Part shown: positions 18,001-28,252 of the stretch, piece after piece
Numbering within the stretch: the stretch's first letter is position 1
How the letters are laid out: each line of letters opens with the position of its first letter
Assembly: GCA_905233625.1 (NCBI GenBank)
Contig: CAJOFJ010000005.1
Span: forward strand, 119-64,118
Origin: an uncultured Bacteroidales bacterium
Lineage (GTDB): Bacteria; Bacteroidota; Bacteroidia; Bacteroidales; WCHB1-69
Reading direction: 5' to 3'
DNA: 64,000 nt
Notes under the pieces: generated by a model
Told to the model about the DNA's origin: nothing
The model's database searches: none
The model's input: the letters and a program-made list of their open reading frames with translations, nothing else
Translations under genes and position numbers: made by a program

Positions 18001-21000
18001 ATGCGCGCGCCATTTCTCAGACTGCTTTTGCTGTCATGGCTTTGTGTCGGATGCATCTTCCATGTTTCCGGTCACAAGAGAGATTCTCTGTCGCTGAAAC
18101 AACTCTGTTTTATTTCCAATCAGGGACAATGGGAGCGACAAGTCTTATACAAGGCCAAGCTCAATGGCGGCACCCTCTTTGCCGAAGCCGACCGACTAAC
18201 TATAGTACAGCCTGACCAACAACAACTGTCGGCATTCTATGAAGCCAAATTAAACCCCAATTTATCGCATAACGGACTGATTGACGCCTCCGCCTATCAA
18301 ATGGTTTTCAGGAATTGTAACACTTTCGTCAAAGTTTCCGGACAGGGACTATACAACTACCATCATAATTATTTCATCGGGAACGATCCCCTGCGGTGGG
18401 CATCAAGAGTTCCTCTTTACAACGAAATTTCCTACAGCAACCTCTATGACGGAATTGACCTGCGTTTGTTCCAGCACGAGAACAGGCTCAAATATGAATT
18501 TGAGGTTGCGGCTGGCGCCAATCCGCAACAAATTGCCATTGAATATGTGGGCGTCAACAATTTGACCACCAGCAACGACAACCTCATCATCAAAACTGAC
18601 TTTGGTCAAACCCTTGAGTTGGCACCCTTCGCCTACCAACTTAATGACCAAAAGGACACGGTTTCCATTGGCTGTAAATTCAAGATTAAGAAAAATATAA
18701 TAACCTATCAATTAGATAATTACGACAAAAACAAAGCTTTAATTATTGATCCAACATTGATTTTCTCCTCATACAGTGGTTCATCGGCTGACAATTGGGG
18801 ATTCACCGCCACATACGACAAGCATGGCAATTTGTACGGCGGTGGCATCGCTTTTGGCATTGGATACCCCACACAAGTCGGGCATCACTACCAAATAAAT
18901 TATGCAGGAGGTGCATGTGATGTAGCCATTTCAAAATTCGACTCTACAGGCAGTCAACTATACTACTCTACCTATTTGGGCGGCAGCGCTTCCGAATGCC
19001 CTCACAGCCTGTTTGTAAACGAGAACGATGAATTATATGTGTTTGGCACCACAGGCTCGTACACATTCCCTACGACTGAACAAGCTTACGACCAGACTTT
19101 TAACGGAGGAACGGGCATTACTGTCAATAGTTCTGTCTCTTTCCCGTATGGAACTGATATTTTCATTGCAAAATTCAGTGCAGACGGTGACAGTCTTTTA
19201 GCCTCCACCTTTATCGGAGGTAGCAGCAATGACGGATTGAACACTGCCAGTCTGTTGAAAAAAAACTACGCCGATGAATCAAGGGGTGAGATTATTATTG
19301 ACAATCAAAGCAATGTATATGTCGTCAGCTGCACCTATTCAGAGGATTTTCCTGTCACAGCAGGAAGCTTCCAGACCACCTACCAAGGCGGGGAAGAGGG
19401 CTGTGTGATGAAGCTTGACCAGAATTTATCACATATCATCTGGTCATCATACTTCGGGGGCTCTGGCGATGACGCCTGTTACAGCATGGATTTAGCCACA
19501 AATAGCAGTGTTTATCTATGCGGGGGCACAAGCACCACCAATCTCAGCGTCAACAGTACAGTCGTCCAGCCAACGTATGGAGGAGGGATTTGTGACGGTT
19601 TTGTGGCCCATATCAGTCCCAATGGCGATCAATTATTACAATGCACCTATTTAGGAAAAGCGAACTACGACCAAGGATATTTACTGAAACTGAACCGGGA
19701 GAACCACCCGTACATCTATGGCCAGACTATCACGACAGGTAGCAGCTGGCTAGTGAACACCCTCTATGGACAGCCGGGGGGCGGACAATTTCTGACCCGC
19801 CTGACTCCCACCTTGGATAGTATTGTTTGGTCTACCGCTTTTGGCACTGGCAATGGACAAGAACCTGACATCTCCCCCACCGCCTTGTTAGTAGATTTAT
19901 GCAACACAGTATACATGTCCGGATGGGGCAGCCGACAACTCAATGGTTTTGGCGGCACCCAAGGACTACCGGTTACATCCAACGCATTCCAAACCACCAC
20001 TGATGGTAGCGACTACTACTTTGTTTGCCTACGCGAAGATGGTAACACTCCTGTGTATGCCTCCTTCTTCGGCAGTCCATTTTCCCGTGAGCATGTAGAC
20101 GGAGGAACCAGTCGTTTTGACAAGAAAGGGAAAATCTACCAAGCCATCTGTGCCGGCTGTGGAGGCGACGACTATTTCCCCACCACTCCGGGTGCCTGGA
20201 GTGAAAGCAACGGCAGTAGCAACTGCAACCTGGGAGTCGTCAAGATGGACTTCAACCTGCCCGTGATTATTGCGGACTTTCATGCACCTGTCATTGTATG
20301 TTTTCCCGACACTGTATTCTTCCATAACAATTCCCAAACCATGGGACAAGGGAGTCATTTCCATTGGGACTTTGGTGATGGCACAAGCTCTGAGGCATCT
20401 AACCCATTTCACCAGTACAGTAACGGAGGCTTATATACGGTAACACTCCATATCAGTGACGACAATAGCTGCAACCTGAGTGATTCCATCAGCAAAAATA
20501 TTTTGGTACTGACCGGCAGCTCCCAAACTTTAGAATCCCAAGACATCTGCATGGGCGATTTTGTTCAGATCGGCATCGCTCCATCAGCAGGTTCCGATAT
20601 CCAATACTTCTGGACACCTGACAGCACGCTCAGCAACCCTTTCATATCCAACCCTATAGCATCGCCTACCACCACCACTAATTATCAGCTGATTATCCAT
20701 ACCCCATACTGTTCCGACACCCTATATCAAACAGTTCAAGTGGAAGACCTGCAAATTGATGTGAGTGACGACACGATTTTATGTTACGGAGAAGCACTAT
20801 CCCTATATGCCCACGTTATTGCCGGTTCCGCCTCACATATTGTCTGGTCGTTGCAACCCGACTACAGCAACCCCATTGATGAGAATATCGAGCAAATTAT
20901 GGTCAATCCTGTAAATGACACCCATTACTACCTCAAAGTAGACGGGATACTTTGTTCTATTGAGAAAGAAATACTGGTACAGGTTTCCAAAGTTACCATT

Positions 21001-21768
21001 GAAGAGACTGTTCCTCGGCGTATCTGTTTTGAAGACAGTATCCAACTATTCGTCAATGCCACAGGAGGAACGGATTTACATTATCTCTGGCTGCCAGCTG
21101 AAGAAATTGCCAGTGAAAGTGATGGTCCGCATCCCTGGATTCATCCTTCAAACTCGATTACATACACGGTTACAGTAACTAATGAACATGGATGCAGTGA
21201 AAGTGGCAGCATCCACGTAACCAAACGAACAGGTACGTTTGAGCAAGGCTTAGAGGCGTGGTGTGACGAATGCAGCATTATACAAGGCACTATAACTCAA
21301 ATATTTGCCACCCCTTACGGTAATTCATATCATTATCAATGGCAACCTGACAATTCCTTAACGGACCCAAACAATGCCAGCTCCAACGCCAGTCCTTCCG
21401 AGACCACAACATATACTGTCACTGTCACCGATGCATACGGGTGCAGCCTGTCGAAGGAGGTGAGTATAGAAGTCCTGCCGCTCACTTGTGACGAGCCATT
21501 AGTATTCGTCCCAAACAGTTTCACGCCCAATGGTGACAGCAAAAACGACGTGCTATATGTGCGCAGTAGCATTCTCGCTGAATTCACCTTGCGAATATAC
21601 AATCGATGGGGTGAACTCATTTTCGAGAGCAGCAGCTACGACCAAGGCTGGGATGGCAGCTACAAGGGCAAAATGTGCGAACAAGGTGTGTATGACTATT
21701 ACCTCCAAGGAACTTGTATCAATGATGAAAAAATTATAAAAAAAGGAAATATCACTTTATTTTATTGA
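18001..21768 (+). CDS. SBBP/beta-propeller + PKD adhesin-like protein with T9SS type-B (gliding-motility CHU_C) C-terminal domain
   Basis: PKD: FHWDFGDGTSSEASNPFHQYSNGGLYTVTL. C-terminus: FVPNSFTPNGDSKNDVLYV...YNRWGELIFES...WDGSYKGKMCEQGVYDYYL. TAtcTTTG box at 17973-17980. Confidence 0.9.
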   Translation: MRAPFLRLLLLSWLCVGCIFHVSGHKRDSLSLKQLCFISNQGQWERQVLYKAKLNGGTLFAEADRLTIVQPDQQQLSAFYEAKLNPNLSHNGLIDASAYQMVFRNCNTFVKVSGQGLYNYHHNYFIGNDPLRWASRVPLYNEISYSNLYDGIDLRLFQHENRLKYEFEVAAGANPQQIAIEYVGVNNLTTSNDNLIIKTDFGQTLELAPFAYQLNDQKDTVSIGCKFKIKKNIITYQLDNYDKNKALIIDPTLIFSSYSGSSADNWGFTATYDKHGNLYGGGIAFGIGYPTQVGHHYQINYAGGACDVAISKFDSTGSQLYYSTYLGGSASECPHSLFVNENDELYVFGTTGSYTFPTTEQAYDQTFNGGTGITVNSSVSFPYGTDIFIAKFSADGDSLLASTFIGGSSNDGLNTASLLKKNYADESRGEIIIDNQSNVYVVSCTYSEDFPVTAGSFQTTYQGGEEGCVMKLDQNLSHIIWSSYFGGSGDDACYSMDLATNSSVYLCGGTSTTNLSVNSTVVQPTYGGGICDGFVAHISPNGDQLLQCTYLGKANYDQGYLLKLNRENHPYIYGQTITTGSSWLVNTLYGQPGGGQFLTRLTPTLDSIVWSTAFGTGNGQEPDISPTALLVDLCNTVYMSGWGSRQLNGFGGTQGLPVTSNAFQTTTDGSDYYFVCLREDGNTPVYASFFGSPFSREHVDGGTSRFDKKGKIYQAICAGCGGDDYFPTTPGAWSESNGSSNCNLGVVKMDFNLPVIIADFHAPVIVCFPDTVFFHNNSQTMGQGSHFHWDFGDGTSSEASNPFHQYSNGGLYTVTLHISDDNSCNLSDSISKNILVLTGSSQTLESQDICMGDFVQIGIAPSAGSDIQYFWTPDSTLSNPFISNPIASPTTTTNYQLIIHTPYCSDTLYQTVQVEDLQIDVSDDTILCYGEALSLYAHVIAGSASHIVWSLQPDYSNPIDENIEQIMVNPVNDTHYYLKVDGILCSIEKEILVQVSKVTIEETVPRRICFEDSIQLFVNATGGTDLHYLWLPAEEIASESDGPHPWIHPSNSITYTVTVTNEHGCSESGSIHVTKRTGTFEQGLEAWCDECSIIQGTITQIFATPYGNSYHYQWQPDNSLTDPNNASSNASPSETTTYTVTVTDAYGCSLSKEVSIEVLPLTCDEPLVFVPNSFTPNGDSKNDVLYVRSSILAEFTLRIYNRWGELIFESSSYDQGWDGSYKGKMCEQGVYDYYLQGTCINDEKIIKKGNITLFY

Positions 21769-21824
21769 CAAGATAACGACCATATCAAATTTTTTTAGTA
21801 TTATTGCAAAAAAATTCACAGCTC

Positions 21825-23339
21825 ATGAAATTTAAATATTTTTTGAACATTTTAATTATTATGTTGGCACTGGTTGTTAACTCGTGCAAAAACAATCCTT
21901 TTGACTTTAACATACAGAACATAGAAGCAGATGGGGAATGGGGACTCCCTGTATATAACGGAACACTTTACATTGGCGACCTGCTCAACGATTTGGACAG
22001 CATCAACAAGATGAACTTTGGTGAGGACGGCACGCTTATTTTCTCATTTGAAAACGAAGTCAAAAATATCATTTCGCTTCGCAACCTGTTTCGTATCAAT
22101 GATCAACAAATTGACACAAGCGGAACAGTTGTCATCTCGCATCTTCCGAACCTGGACGTAACGCAAGTGATCCAATTCAATCTCAACACACAGGATTTCC
22201 AGCTTCAACAAGCCGTTCTCAAATCAGGACAGCTTTCACTCAACTTCAACATCAGCAATGCCAGTTTCAACTATTCAACAGATTTAATTACTGGTAATAT
22301 CATAGATGCCCAAGGAGATTCTGTAAGTTTGCATTTTGACAACTCAATCAGCACTGCATCCAAATCCCTCTCCAACTGTATTATTCAACCCAATGCAGAC
22401 GGCACTATCCTTTTCTCCGCCCGTGTAATTATATCAAATGCTTCTGAAAACGAGCAATTCCAGTACAATTGTCATATTGAATTGTCAGATTTCTCCATAT
22501 ACAGTGTCAGAGGACGAGTCAGACCCATTGCACATCACTTTGAAGCCGTAAAACCTTTCAATTTCCATTTCGACGGTATAGATTTCAACACTATTCAACT
22601 GAACAATGCCAAAACAACCATATATGGCCAAAACAGCATCTGCCGTGTTGATGGCAACCTGACAGACTTCCGTCTATTTAGTCACAACGGGAGCATGGTT
22701 CCTTTGCTGTCCAATCCTATCAATTTCATCGCTGCCGTTTCACCCTATCAATACTCATACATCCAAGAAATTCATCTTTCCCCTTTGATGTACACTCCTG
22801 ATATCGATTCACTTGGCATTGTCTGCGATTTCAACGTTAATCCCCTGGGATTTGACGCTGGAGACATCTCCATAGATGAGAATTCCGTACTGAACCTGAA
22901 ATTCAAAACGGAATTGCCAGCCAATATCTCCATTGACAATGCCGTATACAAAGACACCATGGACAACGCTTTGTATCAGACACTCAATGCATCAACCATT
23001 CAATCCATTGAAACACTCACCTTACGCATTGCCTATACTAACGCTTTGCCTTTCGATTTGATTCCAGACATTGAATTTTGGAACACCCATTCAGGAGAAA
23101 AATACAGATTGAATCTTAACAATGCACAAATACACGGAGGATATAACGACATACCTTTCCAACAACAGCCTCTGTACATTGATTTGAACAACCAAGACGC
23201 GCAACAAATTATCAATGCCGACAAGATCATCATGAATTTCAGGTTGAACACCCAAGGTAACACTGTTGAAATCAATTCATTTCAATATATCAACACTTCC
23301 ATAGGTGCCAAAATCAAATATTCGAATATCAATTTCTAA
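21825..23339 (+). CDS. Hypothetical lipoprotein
   Basis: The track ORF begins at TTG 21804; ATG 21825 gives MKFKYFLNILIIMLALVVNSCKNN (lipobox). I recognise no domain. Confidence 0.7.
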   Translation: MKFKYFLNILIIMLALVVNSCKNNPFDFNIQNIEADGEWGLPVYNGTLYIGDLLNDLDSINKMNFGEDGTLIFSFENEVKNIISLRNLFRINDQQIDTSGTVVISHLPNLDVTQVIQFNLNTQDFQLQQAVLKSGQLSLNFNISNASFNYSTDLITGNIIDAQGDSVSLHFDNSISTASKSLSNCIIQPNADGTILFSARVIISNASENEQFQYNCHIELSDFSIYSVRGRVRPIAHHFEAVKPFNFHFDGIDFNTIQLNNAKTTIYGQNSICRVDGNLTDFRLFSHNGSMVPLLSNPINFIAAVSPYQYSYIQEIHLSPLMYTPDIDSLGIVCDFNVNPLGFDAGDISIDENSVLNLKFKTELPANISIDNAVYKDTMDNALYQTLNASTIQSIETLTLRIAYTNALPFDLIPDIEFWNTHSGEKYRLNLNNAQIHGGYNDIPFQQQPLYIDLNNQDAQQIINADKIIMNFRLNTQGNTVEINSFQYINTSIGAKIKYSNINF

Positions 23340-23351
23340 ATCAGCACACCC

Positions 23352-24815
23352 ATGAAAAAAACGTTTATAATCCTTTGCCTTTCATGTCTTTCTTTCGCAC
23401 TTTCAGCCCAAGACGGGATTACGCTTCATTTCATGCGTCTGAACCCATATTCCACCTATAGCAATCCATCCGCATTTACACAATACACCGGATATGTGGG
23501 TATACCTGGCATCAGCAATATTAATGTTGCGCTGACCAACACGGGTATCCACTACAAAACGTTATTCGGCACTAATAATGACGGCACCATTACAACAATA
23601 AAACTTAATAATTTTGCAGACAAATTGAATAAGAAAGGGAATTACCTTAACAGTAATATTGCCCTCAATATTATTAATTTCGGTTTCAAAGTCCATAAGT
23701 TGCGCTTTGATTTCAGCTATCGTATTCGTGTGGATGAATACTTCTCTTATAACCGAGACCTTATTGCCCTTCCTGTACATGGCAACATATACTATGCCAA
23801 CCAAAACAAACAAGCCACACCGGAATTAAAGCTCAACTTAAATTGTTATCAGGAATTTGCACTGGGAATTCAGGCAGAAATTACCCCACAAGTATACATT
23901 GGCGTAAAGCCCAAATTGTTATTCGGTTTAGCCCATGCTAAAACAAAAAATGCCAGTGCATCGATCTTCACTGACCCTGAGAATTATTCCATAGCATTGG
24001 ACTACAACTTGGATGCCAACATTTCATGCGTTATGCCTTATACAATCACATCTGACACCAACAATAAACTTGGTTTCCAGTTTTACCCCGACCAATTTGC
24101 CAAGCACTGGCAGGATGCCTTCAAAAATGTCGGAGCTGCCATTGACCTTGGCGTCACATACCGTATCAATGACCAATTTGGCATTGCTGCATCGGTTTTA
24201 GACTTAGGATTCATTCACTGGAAAACTAACAATTACAAGATTTCAGGCCATAGCTCGGACGCGAATGATGGCAGTTTTGTATTTGACGGACTTTCCTCAG
24301 AAGATATTGAACTGTTGAAAGAAAATCCGGAAGAATTTAAAAATGTCCTTCTCAGTCATTTTCCTATGCAGATCCAAGAAACCAAAGCATTCACCAGTGC
24401 CCTTGCCGGTCGCTTTATTCTTGAAGGATATTGTAATGTAGGAAAATACCACCGTTTTACCGCACTTTTCCAAGGCAGAATTGTCAACAGTCAATTTATG
24501 CCCTCTTTCACTGTTGCATGGAATGGCACATTCCTCAATATCTTCGATCTTTGTGTCAGCTATTCTATTGCCAAGAAGAGCTACACCAACCTCGGCGTCG
24601 GTGTCGGCTTTAACTTAGGTGTTTTCCACCTCTATGCCGCCACGGACAACCTTATAGCCATCTGCACCAACAAGAACCCCTTGCAGTCATTGATGAATGC
24701 CTCAAATGCCAACATTCAAATGGGTATCGTTTTCGATTGGGGAAAACTCCAAGAAGAGCAACTGGCCAAAATCAAATATGAAAAATCTTCAAAAAGAGTA
24801 AGATACGAAGAATAA
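23352..24815 (+). CDS. Hypothetical outer-membrane beta-barrel-like protein (possibly PorP/SprF-related)
   Basis: Signal peptide MKKTFIILCLSCLSFALSAQ. Alternating-hydrophobicity segments rich in G/Y/F/N. Sits 12 nt after the lipoprotein gene and two genes after a type-B CTD cargo. The family assignment is not verified. Confidence 0.6.
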   Translation: MKKTFIILCLSCLSFALSAQDGITLHFMRLNPYSTYSNPSAFTQYTGYVGIPGISNINVALTNTGIHYKTLFGTNNDGTITTIKLNNFADKLNKKGNYLNSNIALNIINFGFKVHKLRFDFSYRIRVDEYFSYNRDLIALPVHGNIYYANQNKQATPELKLNLNCYQEFALGIQAEITPQVYIGVKPKLLFGLAHAKTKNASASIFTDPENYSIALDYNLDANISCVMPYTITSDTNNKLGFQFYPDQFAKHWQDAFKNVGAAIDLGVTYRINDQFGIAASVLDLGFIHWKTNNYKISGHSSDANDGSFVFDGLSSEDIELLKENPEEFKNVLLSHFPMQIQETKAFTSALAGRFILEGYCNVGKYHRFTALFQGRIVNSQFMPSFTVAWNGTFLNIFDLCVSYSIAKKSYTNLGVGVGFNLGVFHLYAATDNLIAICTNKNPLQSLMNASNANIQMGIVFDWGKLQEEQLAKIKYEKSSKRVRYEE

Positions 24816-24845
24816 TAAGACACAAATAAACTAAAACATAATACC

Positions 24846-26150
24846 ATGATACGACTCGATTACAGCAACAATCTTCTATTCTCAGACGAAGAAATACGGA
24901 ACCAGCAATCCGCCATAGCGAAAGCCTACCAACTACTTTGCGACAAAAGTGGGAAAGGCAATGATTTTCTCGGCTGGCTTGACCTGCCGGAAAACACAGA
25001 TGAAGTGCTTCTCACCCAGATTCAAAATTGCGCCAACCGTCTGGAACGCCAGTCGGAGCTTGTTGTTGTCATCGGTATTGGGGGCTCGTATCTGGGTGCC
25101 CGCGCAGTAATTGAAGCCCTACAGCACAGTTACAAAGGTTTCTGCCCATTCAGCGACAATCACGCACCGTTTATCACCTATTCGGGCAATAACATCAGTG
25201 AAGATAATCTGTGCGAGCTGCTAGAAGTGCTAGATCATAAAGACTACTCGCTGATTGTCATCTCAAAATCCGGTACTACTACCGAACCGGCTATCGCCTT
25301 CAGAATACTGAAGAAACATTGCGAGGACAAATACGGCAAAGAATGGGCCAAGCAACGTATTGTGGCCATAACCGACAAAGCCCGCGGAGCCCTTAAAAAA
25401 TTAGCAGATACCGAAGGATATGAGACCTTTGTTATTCCGGATGATGTAGGTGGCAGATACTCTGTGCTCACTCCGGTGGGACTGCTCCCCATTGCCGTAG
25501 CGGGATTTGACATCCGCCAGCTGGTATCTGGTGCACGCGCTATGCGTCAAGAGCTACTGTCTCAGCATACCATGGACAACAACATTGCCCAGCAATATGC
25601 TCTTTTGCGCTATATGCTGTACCAAAATGGCAAGAAAATCGAATTAATGGTATCTTATAATCCCAAACTGGCCTTCTTTATTGAATGGTACAAACAATTG
25701 TTCGGTGAAAGTGAAGGCAAGGAAGGCAAAGGTATTTTCCCGTCCGGTGCTATCTTCTCCACCGACTTACACTCCCTGGGACAATATATCCAAGAAGGCG
25801 AACGACATCTGTTTGAAACCGTTCTATCCATACAACAATCCCGCTTCCAAGTGCCTATCCCCGAAGACAAGGACAATCTTGACGGTCTGAACTATCTGTT
25901 GGGCAAATCCATCCAAGACATTAACCTAACTGCGGAAGAAGGCACCCGTATGGCCCATGTGGATGGCAAAGTGCCCAATCTGCGGCTTATTGTGCCTAAG
26001 GTAGATGAAAACAACATTGGACAACTCATTTATTTCTTTGAATTCAGCTGTGCCTTAGGAGGTTATCTCTTGGATATCAATCCTTTCGATCAACCTGGAG
26101 TTGAAGCTTATAAGAAAAACATGTTCCGCTTGCTCGGTAAACCCCAATAA
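24846..26150 (+). CDS. pgi: Glucose-6-phosphate isomerase (short type)
   Basis: IGIGGSYLGARAV, ISKSGTTTEPA, DDVGGRYSVLTPVGLLP, LFGESEGKEGKGIFP. Confidence 0.93.
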   Translation: MIRLDYSNNLLFSDEEIRNQQSAIAKAYQLLCDKSGKGNDFLGWLDLPENTDEVLLTQIQNCANRLERQSELVVVIGIGGSYLGARAVIEALQHSYKGFCPFSDNHAPFITYSGNNISEDNLCELLEVLDHKDYSLIVISKSGTTTEPAIAFRILKKHCEDKYGKEWAKQRIVAITDKARGALKKLADTEGYETFVIPDDVGGRYSVLTPVGLLPIAVAGFDIRQLVSGARAMRQELLSQHTMDNNIAQQYALLRYMLYQNGKKIELMVSYNPKLAFFIEWYKQLFGESEGKEGKGIFPSGAIFSTDLHSLGQYIQEGERHLFETVLSIQQSRFQVPIPEDKDNLDGLNYLLGKSIQDINLTAEEGTRMAHVDGKVPNLRLIVPKVDENNIGQLIYFFEFSCALGGYLLDINPFDQPGVEAYKKNMFRLLGKPQ

Positions 26151-26161
26151 AACGAGCCGAC

Positions 26162-26863
26162 ATGCAATTCTTTTATCACCCAGACCTGTCTCATCCAGTA
26201 TTTGAATTATTAGCAGATGAGGCTAAACATTGTGTGAAAGCCCTTCGCAAACGAACGGGTGATGAAATTTTTATCACCGATGGAAATGGCCGGCTGTCAA
26301 CAGCTCAAATCATTGACGCCTCTTCTGCCCATTGTGCGGTTCAAATCTTAAAAACAGAAGAAGAATATGCACTCCGGCCTCATCAATTACATTTAGCCAT
26401 TGCTCCTACCAAGAATGCTGATCGGATTGAATGGATGGTTGAGAAAAGCATAGAAATAGGTATTGAACACATCAGCTTTATCACCTGTGAACATTCCGAA
26501 AGAATAAAACTGGATTTAGACCGACTGAAACGAATTGCCATTTCCGCTATCAAGCAATCGAACACTACTTTAATTCCAACAATGCAAATTATTGATTATA
26601 AAGATTTTATATTCAATAACAAAGGGATAGAAAACCGTTACATCGCTTGGTGTGATGAGCATAATCAGAACGAATTCGCGAAACAGGAACTTAAAGGTAA
26701 AGATGCAATTTTGCTGATTGGACCCGAAGGGGATTTTAGTCCAGAAGAAGTAAAATTAGCAGAAAACAATGGTTATCAAGCAATTAAACTTGGGTCTCGA
26801 CGTCTACGTACTGAAACAGCTGGCTTATACGGGGTATGCGTATATGCCGGAGCACAGTTATAA
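26162..26863 (+). CDS. rsmE: 16S rRNA (uracil1498-N3)-methyltransferase
   Basis: FFYHPDL start, AIAPTKNADRIEWMVEKSIEIGI, LLIGPEGDFSPEEV, LGSRRLRTETAG. Confidence 0.88.
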   Translation: MQFFYHPDLSHPVFELLADEAKHCVKALRKRTGDEIFITDGNGRLSTAQIIDASSAHCAVQILKTEEEYALRPHQLHLAIAPTKNADRIEWMVEKSIEIGIEHISFITCEHSERIKLDLDRLKRIAISAIKQSNTTLIPTMQIIDYKDFIFNNKGIENRYIAWCDEHNQNEFAKQELKGKDAILLIGPEGDFSPEEVKLAENNGYQAIKLGSRRLRTETAGLYGVCVYAGAQL

Positions 26864-26944
26864 AAAACTACTGGTTTGTATACTTCATCACAGGGCGATG
26901 CAGCATCTGAATTGCAATCGTCCTTGACAGGATTTTTTTCACAA

Positions 26945-28171
26945 TTACACCGTCAAGCAAGCATCAAGAGCCTTGGTGATAGCTTCTTTGTCCATGTGCT
27001 GGCCGATGAACACCAGTTTCTGCATTCTGTCGCCATAATCCTCGTCCCAGTCGCGACGCAAACCAGGTTCCTTTGCCATGGTTTCCTCGAGTTCCTCGGG
27101 AGTCATGGTAGCAAACCATAGTCCCACATCCTTCAATGACAATTGTTTGCCCGCCTGTTCGAAGAGATAGCATCGGTCATATTCATCTTTGAAATAGCAG
27201 ATACCTTTGGCACGGATAATACTCTTGGGCAGATGGGCAACAAATTCATCGAAACGACCCAGGTTAAACGGACGACGACGATAATACACAAAAGTGCCAA
27301 TGCCATATTCCTCTACCTCTCCTCCATCGTGGTCATGATGATGGTGATGATGGTGATGGGATTCATGTTCGTGATGATCATGTTCGTGAACTTCGTGATG
27401 ATGAGTTTCATGCTCATCATCATCGTGTTCGTCATCATCATGATAGGTTTCGATTTCATGAATCCAAGTAGCGGATGTCGCCACTTTTTCAAAATCGAAC
27501 ATTTTGGTATTCAGAATCTTATCTAAATCCACATCTCCATAATCGCACTCAATAATTTGCGCCTGAGGCTGCAAGGCTTTTACAATCTCTTTCAAACGAT
27601 TTAACTCAGAGCGTGAAATCTCGGAAGCCTTATTCAATAATACGATATTGCAGAATTCAATTTGCTGAATTACCAAATTTTCCAAATCATCTTCTTCGAT
27701 ATTTTTACGCAGAAGCTGGTCGCCGCAGGCAAACTCACTTTGCATACGCAAGGCATCAACCACTGTCACCACACAGTCCAGACGAGGAACACCATCCTTG
27801 GTGTATGGACCGCCCATCGAGGGAATGGAGCAGATTGTCTGAGCAATTGGATCTGGCTCACAAATACCACTGGCCTCAATGACAATATAGTCAAAACGTT
27901 GCTGGCTGATGATGTCCGTGATTTGCTTCACGAGATCCATTTTCAGGGTACAGCAAATACAGCCATTCTGAAGTGCCACCAAGCTATCGTCATTCTGTCC
28001 GACAATACCGCCTTTTTGAATCAGGTCGGCGTCGATATTCACCTCACCGATATCATTGACAATCACGGCGAATTTGATACCACGGCGGTTAGTAAGAATT
28101 CGGTTTACCAAAGTTGTTTTTCCGCTACCGAGATAGCCAGTCAGCAGCAATACAGGAGTTTGCGTATTCAT
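26945..28171 (-). CDS. CobW/COG0523-family GTPase metallochaperone with His/Asp/Glu-rich insert
   Basis: ATG 28171 gives MNTQTPVLLLTGYLGSGKTT (P-loop). CICCTL motif. HDDDEHDDDEHETHHHEVHEHDHHEHESHHHHHHHHDHD stretch. Confidence 0.9.
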   Translation of the reverse strand: MNTQTPVLLLTGYLGSGKTTLVNRILTNRRGIKFAVIVNDIGEVNIDADLIQKGGIVGQNDDSLVALQNGCICCTLKMDLVKQITDIISQQRFDYIVIEASGICEPDPIAQTICSIPSMGGPYTKDGVPRLDCVVTVVDALRMQSEFACGDQLLRKNIEEDDLENLVIQQIEFCNIVLLNKASEISRSELNRLKEIVKALQPQAQIIECDYGDVDLDKILNTKMFDFEKVATSATWIHEIETYHDDDEHDDDEHETHHHEVHEHDHHEHESHHHHHHHHDHDGGEVEEYGIGTFVYYRRRPFNLGRFDEFVAHLPKSIIRAKGICYFKDEYDRCYLFEQAGKQLSLKDVGLWFATMTPEELEETMAKEPGLRRDWDEDYGDRMQKLVFIGQHMDKEAITKALDACLTV

Positions 28172-28252
28172 AGTCTTCAATTTTTCAGGGATGCAAAGGT
28201 ACAAAATTTTCCGATGTTTCTGACGAATAATAATGTTTATATATTCACTCCA

